From: Gammaproteobacteria bacterium | GTDB taxonomy: Bacteria > Pseudomonadota > Gammaproteobacteria > Eutrophobiales > Eutrophobiaceae | NCBI GenBank assembly: GCA_947480335.1 | Contig: CANKCB010000006.1 | Coordinates: 13,148 to 77,147 of the forward strand | DNA length: 64,000 nt | Direction of reading: 5' to 3' | Shown here: one piece after another, positions 32,480 through 41,523 of the stretch | Layout: the number at the start of each line of letters is the position of its first letter | Position numbering within the stretch: the stretch's first letter is position 1 | Notes under the pieces: model-generated | Told to the model about the DNA's origin: nothing | What the model saw: only the letters and a program-made list of their open reading frames with translations | Databases searched by the model: none | Translations under genes and position numbers: made by a program

Positions 32480-33316
32480 ATGCCAACCTATGTCATAGGC
32501 GACGTACAGGGCTGCTTTCAGGAATTACAGGATCTGCTGAGCAAGATCCGTTTCAATGAAAGTAAAGATCAGCTTTGGTTCACCGGCGATCTGGTCAACC
32601 GCGGTCCCGATTCACTGTCCACTCTGCGTTTCGTTAAAGAACTCAATGCAGTTACCGTGCTGGGCAATCATGATTTGCACCTGTTGGCGATCGCCGAACG
32701 CATACGCAAGCCTGCCAGACTCGACACGCTGGATACGATACTCAAAGCGAAAGATCGCGATGAACTATTGCACTGGCTGAGACACCGACCCCTGTTACAT
32801 CATGATCTGGCGTCGGGTTACACAATGGTCCATGCCGGACTACCTCCGCAATGGGATTTGCACACAGCCCAGACGCTCGCGCGTGAAGTCGAACAGGCTT
32901 TGCAATCTCGACACTACCGCGGCCTGCTGGAACAGATGTATGGCAACCAGCCCGACCAATGGAACAAACAGTTAACAGGCATTGATCGGCAGCGCTTCAT
33001 TATCAATGCGTTTACACGCATACGGTTTTGCGACAAACATGGCGTGATGGACTTTGCCCACAAAGGTGCACCCGGCAGCGAGCCAGACTCATTACAACCC
33101 TGGTTCAGTCTGCCAAAACGTAAAACCCGAGATAACCCCATCCTGTTTGGCCACTGGGCCGCCATCTATTCCGGCAACATCAAGGACTTCAAGCCATTCA
33201 ATGTTTACCCGCTCGATACCGGTTGTGTTTGGGGCGACAAATTGACCGCGCTGCGTCTGGAAGACGGCAAACTGTTCCAGGTTGCATCTCGTCAGCAACA
33301 ATTGGCGTCAGACTAG
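32480..33316 (+). CDS. apaH: Bis(5'-nucleosyl)-tetraphosphatase, symmetrical
   Basis: MPTYVIGDVQGC...GDLVNRGPDS...GNHD metallophosphatase motifs. Confidence 0.85.
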   Translation: MPTYVIGDVQGCFQELQDLLSKIRFNESKDQLWFTGDLVNRGPDSLSTLRFVKELNAVTVLGNHDLHLLAIAERIRKPARLDTLDTILKAKDRDELLHWLRHRPLLHHDLASGYTMVHAGLPPQWDLHTAQTLAREVEQALQSRHYRGLLEQMYGNQPDQWNKQLTGIDRQRFIINAFTRIRFCDKHGVMDFAHKGAPGSEPDSLQPWFSLPKRKTRDNPILFGHWAAIYSGNIKDFKPFNVYPLDTGCVWGDKLTALRLEDGKLFQVASRQQQLASD

Positions 33317-33433
33317 GCTTTCAGGAGTATACTTTTCCCTATAGCTACTTATGGAATCATTGCTCTGACTTCGTTTACTGAAACTGCCATCGTCTCCTTT
33401 ACCACGTTCTTCGCAACGGTTGCACCGCTGGAC

Positions 33434-34009
33434 GTGGCAGCGATGTTTGCCGCCCTCACGCCAAACGCCACGCTCGAAGCAAAACGGTCAATGGCATTTC
33501 GTGGCACGTTCATCAGCGCTATCATCCTGTTGTGCTTTGCAATGGTCGGTGATGCTGCGCTTGCAACTCTGGGCATATCATTGGCGGCATTTAAAGTCTC
33601 GGGTGGCATTCTATTATTACTGATTGGTATTGAGATGGTGTTTGCCCGCAGCTCCGGCGGCACCTCGACCACGCAGGAAGAAGATGACGAAGCCATTATG
33701 CGGCCCGATATCGCCGTCTTCCCGCTCGCCACACCGTTGATCGCCGGCCCCGGAACAATGGGTGCCACCGTGCTATTAATGGCCGATGTAAAAGGCGACC
33801 TGTTGGGTGAAGCCGTTGTTATCGTTGCGCTGTTACTGGTATTACTGTTAACACTGATCCTGTTATTGCTAACATCCCGCGTACAAAAACTGTTCGGCGT
33901 CACCGCGATGTATGTGATCAGCCGCGTGTTCGGCGTATTGTTGTCTGCACTCGCTGTGCAATTCATGTTTGACGGACTGGCACAAAGCGGCCTGCTGGGA
34001 AATCTGTAA
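33434..34009 (+). CDS. marC: MarC-family (UPF0056) integral membrane protein; N-terminus probably longer (possible frameshift near 33366)
   Basis: Multi-TM protein with MarC-like motifs. The in-frame region is open back to 33317 without a canonical start. ATG 33351 (MESLL*) would fuse in-frame with a 1-nt insertion, giving MESLLLTSFTETAIVSF.... Confidence 0.6.
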   Translation: MAAMFAALTPNATLEAKRSMAFRGTFISAIILLCFAMVGDAALATLGISLAAFKVSGGILLLLIGIEMVFARSSGGTSTTQEEDDEAIMRPDIAVFPLATPLIAGPGTMGATVLLMADVKGDLLGEAVVIVALLLVLLLTLILLLLTSRVQKLFGVTAMYVISRVFGVLLSALAVQFMFDGLAQSGLLGNL

Positions 34010-34285
34010 ACACAGCCTCGTTGCAGCACAACAAATTGCTTAGGCTGTCGAATAGATAAAGCTGGATAGAGGCGTACTGTTTTAATTCACCCCGATTCGT
34101 CGTATGCTGCTATCAACTCAGTGATTTCAGGACTATCGAATGGTTAACCTGGACTACCCCAAACTTCCCTACACCGCCTTTGCACGGTTATCCAGTTATT
34201 TGTTAGATATCCGTGCATCTCATGCACACTATATAAGAAAAATAACTTGCATCATCCCTGTCACGTTAATACATAGTTATGCCTC

Positions 34286-34777
34286 ATGAGAATCACCCTT
34301 GATCACAACTGCATCATCCATATTGAGAATGGCACAGACGTTGGAAATGCTGTTCAGGTCATCGTTTCGAGTGTGAATAATGAATGTTTCGTTGTGAACA
34401 TTGGTGCTTCTGAAATGCGCAAATATGGCGTACGGCCTGACAAGTACGAAAAATTCGAAGAGCTCTTGAGCCAAACTGGTCTCGCACATTTGCCAAGACT
34501 CAATCCAATGATGATTTTTGATGTTACCTTTTGGGATCGGTGTGTTTGGGGAGGCGACGACACTATAAAACTCGCGAGCAATATCGAAGAGGTATTATTT
34601 GGTGAGTCAGAAAAGATCGATATTGCTTCAGTTGGTCTTGATTCAGCCGAGGGTAGAAAATGGTTAAATAGGATCTGCGATATCCACGGCATGTGGTGCC
34701 ACATTAAAATAAAAATGATATTTTCCTCACCACAGATGGTAATTTCAGCAAAGAGACTAAGTTACCAAAACTTTTAG
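34286..34777 (+). CDS. Hypothetical protein (possible PIN-like N-terminus ITLDHNCII); islet gene
   Basis: 163 aa, no confident family. Weak resemblance to VapC N-terminal hh-D-x-N motif and downstream acidic residues. Low GC. Confidence 0.4.
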   Translation: MRITLDHNCIIHIENGTDVGNAVQVIVSSVNNECFVVNIGASEMRKYGVRPDKYEKFEELLSQTGLAHLPRLNPMMIFDVTFWDRCVWGGDDTIKLASNIEEVLFGESEKIDIASVGLDSAEGRKWLNRICDIHGMWCHIKIKMIFSSPQMVISAKRLSYQNF

Positions 34778-34895
34778 CATTGGTGTCTCGCCGCATCTGT
34801 CATCCACAGGAGCTTTTACATGAGGCATAACAAGGCACCCAAATCGGACGGCTTCGCCGCCGCTTGGCTTGGTCGTTAGCAAAAATCAAAAACCT

Positions 34896-35321
34896 ATGAA
34901 TATTCAATATAGAAATACATTTGAAGAAGTTGATTGGAATCAAGTATCTAAAATATTTGAGGTAAATGGATGGGGCGCAAGACCTCCTGAGAAAGTTAAG
35001 GCTGCATTTCAAAAAAGTTCTTTCATGCGCTTTGCGTATATTGAAGGCCAACTGGTTGGTATGGGCAGAACTATTGATGACGGCGTCTACTATGCTTGGG
35101 TGGTCGATCTAGCTATATTGCCAGAGTTTCAAGGCCTTGGTATTGGCTCTACTATTCTTAAAGAACTCGAAAAAGATCTAGAGCCTTTTATAAGTACAAT
35201 GTTAACGGCAGCACCTGGCAAAAGTGGGTTTTATGAGAAACTTGGCTGGATTAAACAATCTGCTGCATACATCTGGCCGCGTTCAGAAAAGCAAAAACGT
35301 GAATTTACTGACAATTGCTAA
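34896..35321 (+). CDS. GNAT-family N-acetyltransferase
   Basis: Acetyl-CoA binding motif ...VVDLAILPEFQGLGIGSTILKELE.... Start taken at MNIQYRN. Confidence 0.7.
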   Translation: MNIQYRNTFEEVDWNQVSKIFEVNGWGARPPEKVKAAFQKSSFMRFAYIEGQLVGMGRTIDDGVYYAWVVDLAILPEFQGLGIGSTILKELEKDLEPFISTMLTAAPGKSGFYEKLGWIKQSAAYIWPRSEKQKREFTDNC

Positions 35322-35446
35322 TAAGTCGTTGCAGCATCGTTCCGCTTCGATGCACTGGATAGTTTGTAAGTCGCAATATTATGATTTTGCTGCGCAATAT
35401 AATTCTATAAAACCACAGCTTTAATACTACCGCTAAACTCGGCGTT

Positions 35447-35803
35447 ATGGAGAAACAAATGGCCAAAGAACGAGCTGACTTCAAGAATACTATTGCGGCA
35501 GGAGAAAAAGTCTTTGGTCAGGATCTCTGGAGAGATTCTAAATTCTTTGGCGTGAAAACATTGATTGGGCATACGCAATCTTGGCCGTGTCAGCTTCTTC
35601 TGTGGTGGTTGTTTATCTGCTGGGGTTACGTTATGTACGACGTGGTAATAAAAAATATCGGTTGGTTATACGGATTGATAATTCTCGCTCCAATTCATTT
35701 TCTAATTTTCAAATTACCAGTAGTACATATTATAGAACCACTATCCGAAAGTGAATTGCAGGAATATCTAGGCAAGACTAGTGCCCCCGAAAATAAGGAA
35801 TAA
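35447..35803 (+). CDS. Hypothetical small membrane protein (2 TM)
   Basis: 118 aa with two hydrophobic helices (LLLWWLFICWGYVMY, IGWLYGLIILAPIHFLIF). No known family recognised. Confidence 0.35.
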   Translation: MEKQMAKERADFKNTIAAGEKVFGQDLWRDSKFFGVKTLIGHTQSWPCQLLLWWLFICWGYVMYDVVIKNIGWLYGLIILAPIHFLIFKLPVVHIIEPLSESELQEYLGKTSAPENKE

Positions 35804-35917
35804 GAATTTAAGTATGTCACTCAAGGAATTACAAGGAATTAGGGTCAGAGTAACAATTAGAAACAATAACGAGTCAAAGCCCTTTTTGAAATTGCACTAG
35901 TTAAGGGATCGAAGATA

Positions 35918-36367
35918 ATGTCTGAACCCGCCAGGCCCATAAGCAAATCGACCCTGACTGCGTGGGTAAATGAAAAGATCCGAAACGGAACGCCTCGGTG
36001 TGTCTTGTATCACATACTAATTTCAATGCAATCCGAAACCAACGACCTGAAAGAGATGCAAATATTAGCGGCCGTTGCTGATGAACAAGAAGAAATAATG
36101 GTTGATAGGAATACGAAAGGAATGGCGCTCGAAAAGCAAGGAAAGGAAGATAGCGCGATCGTTCTCTACGAAGCCAATGTCGCAGATCAATTCGATGGAA
36201 GCCATCCATACAATCGATTGCGCATACTTTACATGGATCGCGGGAGCTACATCGACACCATCCGGGTGTGTGAGGCATACATTGCAAATTCCAGTCAGGA
36301 TCAGAAGTTGTGTGAATCGTTCCGTACCGAGATTACGAAACTTACGGCAAAGGCTTCCGGTTCTTGA
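35918..36367 (+). CDS. Hypothetical protein, predicted alpha-helical/TPR-like
   Basis: 149 aa. Central region GMALEKQGKEDSAIVLYEANVADQFDGSHPYNRLRILYMDRGSYIDTIRVCEAYI has a TPR-like periodicity. No known family. Confidence 0.4.
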   Translation: MSEPARPISKSTLTAWVNEKIRNGTPRCVLYHILISMQSETNDLKEMQILAAVADEQEEIMVDRNTKGMALEKQGKEDSAIVLYEANVADQFDGSHPYNRLRILYMDRGSYIDTIRVCEAYIANSSQDQKLCESFRTEITKLTAKASGS

Positions 36368-36472
36368 CCACGACGCGACATTTCCCCCTTACTCATCATT
36401 CCCGGAACTGCGCGAAAAGCCGCGCAGGCCGTTGAATTCAGACTTTATGCTGCCTGCAAACCATCAGCGCCA

Positions 36473-37330
36473 ATGATCGAACAGAGATCGAAATATAGAA
36501 GTACCATCACTATGTCCGAGCTTGGACGGCGGGCTAGTGAAATTCGTGAGCTTTATGAGGGGGAAGGCATACGGCTTCACTCGCAGTCTGGCATGGCCGA
36601 GCTTATTAATGGCGCCATGGAGTTGGCGTCTAATAGTGGGCCTCATGGAACGGAGGGTAACATCTATCTTGGGCTGCATTTAGACAGAGTATATAAAGCT
36701 GTGGTTCCCTTAAAACAGCATCCGAATAGAAGTGAGTATCTAAAAAAACTTCGTGCTGGCAATCTTCGGTTCCTGAACAGAACTCCGTCAAAAGCCAGAG
36801 ATTGTCTTTTTGAACTGGAGATATGGCGATCTATAAACGATCTAAGAAAGAATGCCGGGAGCCTTTCCGAGCCTGACGTAGTTCTTGACCTTCCTTCCCT
36901 GAAAATCGGAATTGCTTGTAAAAAAATTTATTCAACCCATAATGTTGAAAAGACACTTTCAAATGCCGTTAAGCAAATCAGATCGAATTGCCAAGGCTTT
37001 GGCGTTGTCGCCTTCAGTATTGAAGATATCTTTCCAGAAGGGAAAGCTGTTGGGGCAAAGACCTTTGACGGTGCGTCAGATTTCCTTTCACGTCAATGTC
37101 AAAATTTCTTGGCAGAACATGAGAAATTGTTCATCAAGTATTTCAAGGGAAGCGATATCGTCGGAGCCTTAGCTGTCGCATCAAGCATTGTTGAAACTAC
37201 TCAAGAGCGTCTGCGCTATTCAAATATGCAGCAGTGGTTCCTATGGTCCGCCCCTGAGCTCAACAAAAATGCTCAGATATCTGTGATTCACTTTAGAAAC
37301 CTACTTGGAAAAAATGCGTCCGAAAAATAA
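36473..37330 (+). CDS. Hypothetical protein (285 aa) with possible PD-(D/E)xK-like motifs; candidate effector of an uncharacterised module
   Basis: No recognisable family. Motif order E (FELEIW), PD (EPDVVLDL) and xK (GIACKK) is weakly reminiscent of a restriction-endonuclease fold. Alternative start MSELG at 36512. Confidence 0.4.
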   Translation: MIEQRSKYRSTITMSELGRRASEIRELYEGEGIRLHSQSGMAELINGAMELASNSGPHGTEGNIYLGLHLDRVYKAVVPLKQHPNRSEYLKKLRAGNLRFLNRTPSKARDCLFELEIWRSINDLRKNAGSLSEPDVVLDLPSLKIGIACKKIYSTHNVEKTLSNAVKQIRSNCQGFGVVAFSIEDIFPEGKAVGAKTFDGASDFLSRQCQNFLAEHEKLFIKYFKGSDIVGALAVASSIVETTQERLRYSNMQQWFLWSAPELNKNAQISVIHFRNLLGKNASEK

Positions 37331-37388
37331 ATAACGGGTCAAATCCCTTTTGAAATTGTATCTGGCCGCCACAGATGAGCCACGATCA

Positions 37389-37691
37389 TTATGGGTTTAT
37401 CAATTTTGAATCAACATCCATGCTTTTATGAAGAATGCGCACAATTTCAATGTCGCCGTCATTTATTCTTCTATAGAAAACAAGATGACTGCCTTGGGGA
37501 ATTTTTCTGTAACCCTCTCTAATGTAATCACACACCTTTCCTGTTAAGGGTTCGTCTGCCAGTCGGCGAAAAGCCTCATCCATCTGTTTAATGTATAAAT
37601 TGCGTTGCTCTTTCCCCCAACGATTTTCCGTGTAGCTGGCAATGCTTTTTAAATCCGCTTTCGCTTTAACCGTTAAAACAAATGACCTCAT
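37389..37691 (-). CDS. parE: Type II toxin ParE (RelE/ParE superfamily)
   Basis: 100 aa. FVLTVKAKADLKSIASYTENRWGKEQRNLYIKQMDEAF...IREGYRKIPQGSHLVFYR...IVRILHKSMDV is a canonical ParE. Confidence 0.85.
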   Translation of the reverse strand: MRSFVLTVKAKADLKSIASYTENRWGKEQRNLYIKQMDEAFRRLADEPLTGKVCDYIREGYRKIPQGSHLVFYRRINDGDIEIVRILHKSMDVDSKLINP

Positions 37692-37927
37692 TTACCGGTT
37701 TCGTCCAGCTCACGAATAAACGTTTCGTAGCTGTAGTCAGCCCGACCACTGCGCTCGCCTTCTTCCAGCAGTTGGCGTAAGGCGTTCAGCTTGTTTTCCG
37801 AATCCTCGAGCAATCTCAACCCCGCTCGCATCACTTCACTCGCAGAGCCGTACCGACCGCTGTTGATTTGCTCATTAATGAAGCCTTCAAAATGGTCACC
37901 CAGAGTGATACTCGTATTTTTAGCCAT
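37688..37927 (-). CDS. parD: Type II antitoxin ParD (RHH/CopG-like)
   Basis: 79 aa. MAKNTSITLGDHFEGFINEQINSGRYGSASEVMRAGLRLLE is a canonical ParD. 4-nt overlap with parE. Confidence 0.85.
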   Translation of the reverse strand: MAKNTSITLGDHFEGFINEQINSGRYGSASEVMRAGLRLLEDSENKLNALRQLLEEGERSGRADYSYETFIRELDETGK

Positions 37928-38154
37928 AATTCACCTCAAAAGTACCAAAATATACCTAATATTGGTATAAATTGCAGTAGATGTCAATTAACAGGGCGTC
38001 TTACAAAAGCCGGTAATTTCATTACAAATAGAAATAATGGGCAAAGTTTTTTTGAGTAATGTTGCTGCCGTGTTGACTGAACAAGTCCAATTAATTTAAC
38101 GAATCAATTACACTATCATCAACTTCCATATCCCCATTACATCAGAAACTGACC

Positions 38155-38373
38155 ATGAAAAAATCACTTGTCATTCTACTCTGTTCCACTGTGTTACCCG
38201 CTTGTTCCTCACAGCAATTATTCGGATCGCTGTACAGTTCTGCCCAGAACTGGCAGCGCGATCAATGTGTGCGGATAGCAGATCATCAGGAACGCGAGCG
38301 CTGCATGGCCAGCACCAGCAAAACCTATGAAGAATATAAAGCGCAGTCCGGCGCAGCGAAGAAGGATGAGTAA
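38155..38373 (+). CDS. Small putative lipoprotein
   Basis: 72 aa with a signal peptide and lipobox LPACS. No known family. Confidence 0.4.
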   Translation: MKKSLVILLCSTVLPACSSQQLFGSLYSSAQNWQRDQCVRIADHQERERCMASTSKTYEEYKAQSGAAKKDE

Positions 38374-38410
38374 CCCTTAAGCCGGGCGAAAACACAGAGC
38401 AGGTGGATAC

Positions 38411-38806
38411 ATGAATCTACACATACGCAGACTGATGCTACTCTCGCTGCTGCTTGTTCCATTCTCGCTTAATGCCGCCGAGAGTGTGGATAGCCGCATT
38501 GCCGGTAAATACGCAGGTCAGGTCTATAACGGTGATGATATGGATCCTGTCGTCACGGTGTTTGTCGCATTACCGAACGGCAGGATACGCGGAAATTACG
38601 TCGCGGAAGATGAGGTTGAAACCGTCAACGGCACCATCTCAAACGCGGTCAAGATTGAAGGCAACACCTATTCGTTTGAGTGGACGGATAAATACGGCGA
38701 AGGCAAGGCGGTGCTGGTGTTTTCCAGTGACTTTTCCAGCTTCAAGGGATTCTGGACGAATAATATTGAACGCAATCAGTTTGAATGGACAGGAACACGG
38801 TTATGA
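38411..38806 (+). CDS. Secreted hypothetical protein
   Basis: 131 aa with an N-terminal signal peptide (LLLVPFSLNAAE). No family recognised. Confidence 0.45.
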   Translation: MNLHIRRLMLLSLLLVPFSLNAAESVDSRIAGKYAGQVYNGDDMDPVVTVFVALPNGRIRGNYVAEDEVETVNGTISNAVKIEGNTYSFEWTDKYGEGKAVLVFSSDFSSFKGFWTNNIERNQFEWTGTRL

Positions 38807-39357
38807 CCATAAAAAGCTCTTCGACGATAGTCTGCTTATCACTACTCTTGCTATTAAGTTCCAGCGTACGCGTGGCACTGGCGCAGGACAGGGATCTGGA
38901 TGATTTCGAGGACCTCGGACGCAACGTGGCTGACGCCATCGCATCCGATACGCAGTTTGATATTACCAAACTCGGTAATTACAAAAATCTGAGGCTGGCA
39001 CTGTTAAAACAGGCCTGTCAGTATATTGACTATGGCTACTACCGGATTAAAGATGTGGTTTACATGATCGGTAGCAGTAAACAGGGTGTGGTCATCGGTC
39101 GCCATGCGAAATTCAATGTGATCAAAAACGAAGCGAACATTGAGTCTGTTACTGCCTCGGCTGAGGACTGTCTCGTGATTCCAAACCATCCTTCATCACT
39201 GGGCATCACGGTGACCGAGAAACAGTCCGAGACGCCTACCGAGTTTCATGTGATAACCAATCTGGTCAACGGCAAGGCTTTGTATGTCGGCACGACCAAG
39301 GGTAACTGGCGCGTGGTTGAAGGCAGGATTTCACTGTTGGAAACACATCGACTTTAA
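38803..39357 (+). CDS. Secreted hypothetical protein
   Basis: Start MTIKSSS, which overlaps the upstream stop (ATGA). Signal peptide ...VALAQD. No family recognised. Confidence 0.45.
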   Translation: MTIKSSSTIVCLSLLLLLSSSVRVALAQDRDLDDFEDLGRNVADAIASDTQFDITKLGNYKNLRLALLKQACQYIDYGYYRIKDVVYMIGSSKQGVVIGRHAKFNVIKNEANIESVTASAEDCLVIPNHPSSLGITVTEKQSETPTEFHVITNLVNGKALYVGTTKGNWRVVEGRISLLETHRL

Positions 39358-39396
39358 CAGAACACGGAATGACCGGATCAACCGTGACGTAGTTAA

Positions 39397-39888
39397 TCAG
39401 CCGCGCGCTCGTTCCAGTACACTAAACGTGAACGGATACTGGTTCTTCTCGTCGGCCGCAAAATCCTGTTGTGATAGTTGATGCCATTCGGTACGGTCAA
39501 ACACCGGAAACCAGGTGTCACCTTCCACATCCGCATGCACATCGGTTAGATAGAGCACATCGGCCTGGGCAAGCGCAGAATGGAAAATATCGTGCCCACC
39601 GATGATGACCACTTCTGGCATATTTGCATAACGCTGCAAGGCTTCCTCCAGACTATGACAGACGATACAACCGTCAGAGCGATAATCCAGATTTCGAGTA
39701 ATGATGACATTGTCGCGTCCCGGTAATGGCTTGCCGATGGATTCCCAGGTCTTGCGACCCATGATGACCGGCTTGCCCATCGTCAAAGCCTTGAAGTTTT
39801 TCAGGTCGGCAGATAAACGCCAGGGCAAGGCATTGTTTAGCCCTATCACGCCTTTTTGATCCATGGCCACGATGATAGACAGTTTCAT
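39397..39888 (-). CDS. folA: Dihydrofolate reductase
   Basis: MKLSIIVAMDQKGVIGLNNALPWRLSADLKNFK...GRKTWESIG is the classic DHFR. Confidence 0.9.
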   Translation of the reverse strand: MKLSIIVAMDQKGVIGLNNALPWRLSADLKNFKALTMGKPVIMGRKTWESIGKPLPGRDNVIITRNLDYRSDGCIVCHSLEEALQRYANMPEVVIIGGHDIFHSALAQADVLYLTDVHADVEGDTWFPVFDRTEWHQLSQQDFAADEKNQYPFTFSVLERARG

Positions 39889-39906
39889 ATCAGGAAATTA
39901 CGCATA

Positions 39907-40701
39907 CTAAATTGCCACCGGAGCGGCGATATGTGCCTGTGGCTGGTAATTGACCAGTTCAAAATCTTCAAATTTAAATTCAAAAATCGATTTGACCTGC
40001 TCATTAATTTTCATTTGTGGCAATGCTGTCGGTTGCCGTTGTAATTGCAAGTCCGTCTGCTCCAGATGATTGATATACAGGTGCGCATCGCCGAGCGTAT
40101 GCACAAAATCGCCATAGCCCAATCCAGTGACCCGAGCGATCATCATCGTCAGCAATGCATACGAAGCAATATTGAACGGCACGCCAAGAAATATATCTGC
40201 ACTGCGTTGATACAGCTGACAGGACAATTTTCCGTCAGCGACATAGAACTGGAACATGGTATGACAAGGCGCCAGCGCCATTTTGTCGATATCGGCAACA
40301 TTCCAGGCACTGACAATTAAACGTCTGGAGTCCGGTGTCTTGCGAATTTGATCAATCACCATACTGATCTGGTCAATTACCTTGCCGTCCTTGCCCTGCC
40401 AGGAACGCCATTGCGCACCATAGACCGGGCCCAAATCACCGTTCACGTCAGCCCATTCGTCCCAGATGCGAACCCCGTGCTGTTTCAGATAGGCAATATT
40501 GGTGTCGCCCTGCAAGAACCAGAGCAATTCGTGGATGATTGATTTGACGTGCAACTTCTTGGTGGTCACTAACGGAAAGCCTTCATTCAGATCAAACCGC
40601 ATCTGGTAACCGAACACGCTCAAGGTACCGGTACCGGTACGATCGGTTTTGCGGGTACCGTGTTCGCGCACATGGCGCATCAGCTCGAGGTATTGTTTCA
40701 T
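39907..40701 (-). CDS. thyA: Thymidylate synthase
   Basis: [36 protein letters not shown]... 264 aa ThyA. Confidence 0.9.
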   Translation of the reverse strand: MKQYLELMRHVREHGTRKTDRTGTGTLSVFGYQMRFDLNEGFPLVTTKKLHVKSIIHELLWFLQGDTNIAYLKQHGVRIWDEWADVNGDLGPVYGAQWRSWQGKDGKVIDQISMVIDQIRKTPDSRRLIVSAWNVADIDKMALAPCHTMFQFYVADGKLSCQLYQRSADIFLGVPFNIASYALLTMMIARVTGLGYGDFVHTLGDAHLYINHLEQTDLQLQRQPTALPQMKINEQVKSIFEFKFEDFELVNYQPQAHIAAPVAI

Positions 40702-41486
40702 GCCTTGGGGACTCGTTTATATGCCAGCACCAGCAGTATACCACCGACCAGAATCATCGGCGTGGACAGCACCTGCCCCATGGTCAACCAGCCACCGGCC
40801 AGATAACCAATGTTCGCATCCGGCTCACGCACAAATTCGACCAGAAACCGGAAAATGCCATATAACAACAGGAACAAGCCAGACACGGCCATGGTCGGGC
40901 GTGGCCGCGAGGAAAACAACCATAGCACCGTAAACAGCACCACGCCTTCAAGAAAACATTCATATAACTGCGAGGGATGACGCGGCAGATCCCCGGCTCC
41001 CGGAAACACCATCGCCCAGGGTACGGTTGATGGAGCGCCCCACAGTTCCGCATTGATGAAATTACCGATACGGCCAAAACCCAACCCTATCGGCACGACC
41101 GGGATCATGAAATCACTGATATGAAAATAACGTTTCGAATAGGTACGTCCAAACAGAAAAAGAGCCACCGCAACGCCGAGCAGACCACCGTGAAACGACA
41201 TGCCGCCATGCCAGATTTTGAATACGTCGAGTGGATGATCCAGATAATATGGCAGGTTATAAAACAATACAGAACCGAGCCTGCCACCGAGGATCAGACC
41301 AACCGCGCAATTAAAGACCAGATCGGATACCTGCTCACTGGTCCAGCTACCGGCAGAGGCTCTGGCACGACGTTCCAGCAAAAACCAGGCTGTGCTCAAA
41401 CCGGCCAGGTAGGTCAGACCATACCAGCGTATCTGGACGAGGCCCAGATCCAGCGCAATCGGGTTTATTTGGGGATAGTCGATCAT
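40698..41486 (-). CDS. lgt: Prolipoprotein diacylglyceryl transferase
   Basis: Polytopic membrane protein. Lgt signature GRxGNFINxELWG and the folA-thyA-lgt neighbourhood. Confidence 0.9.
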   Translation of the reverse strand: MIDYPQINPIALDLGLVQIRWYGLTYLAGLSTAWFLLERRARASAGSWTSEQVSDLVFNCAVGLILGGRLGSVLFYNLPYYLDHPLDVFKIWHGGMSFHGGLLGVAVALFLFGRTYSKRYFHISDFMIPVVPIGLGFGRIGNFINAELWGAPSTVPWAMVFPGAGDLPRHPSQLYECFLEGVVLFTVLWLFSSRPRPTMAVSGLFLLLYGIFRFLVEFVREPDANIGYLAGGWLTMGQVLSTPMILVGGILLVLAYKRVPKA

Positions 41487-41523
41487 CGTGGTGTCAGTTT
41501 AACACGGGAAGGTGCATAAACGT

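Noticed and set aside
33349-34029. 226-aa ORF on the minus strand, antisense to marC
   Set aside because: The product is low-complexity and Ser/Pro/Asn/Thr-rich. It fully overlaps a well-supported membrane-protein gene on the other strand and has no recognisable motifs, so it is an antisense artefact.
34030-34285. tRNA or attachment site flanking the low-GC islet
   Set aside because: I searched both islet boundaries for T-loop-like GTTCGAATC motifs or direct repeats and found none. No tRNA or att site can be supported.
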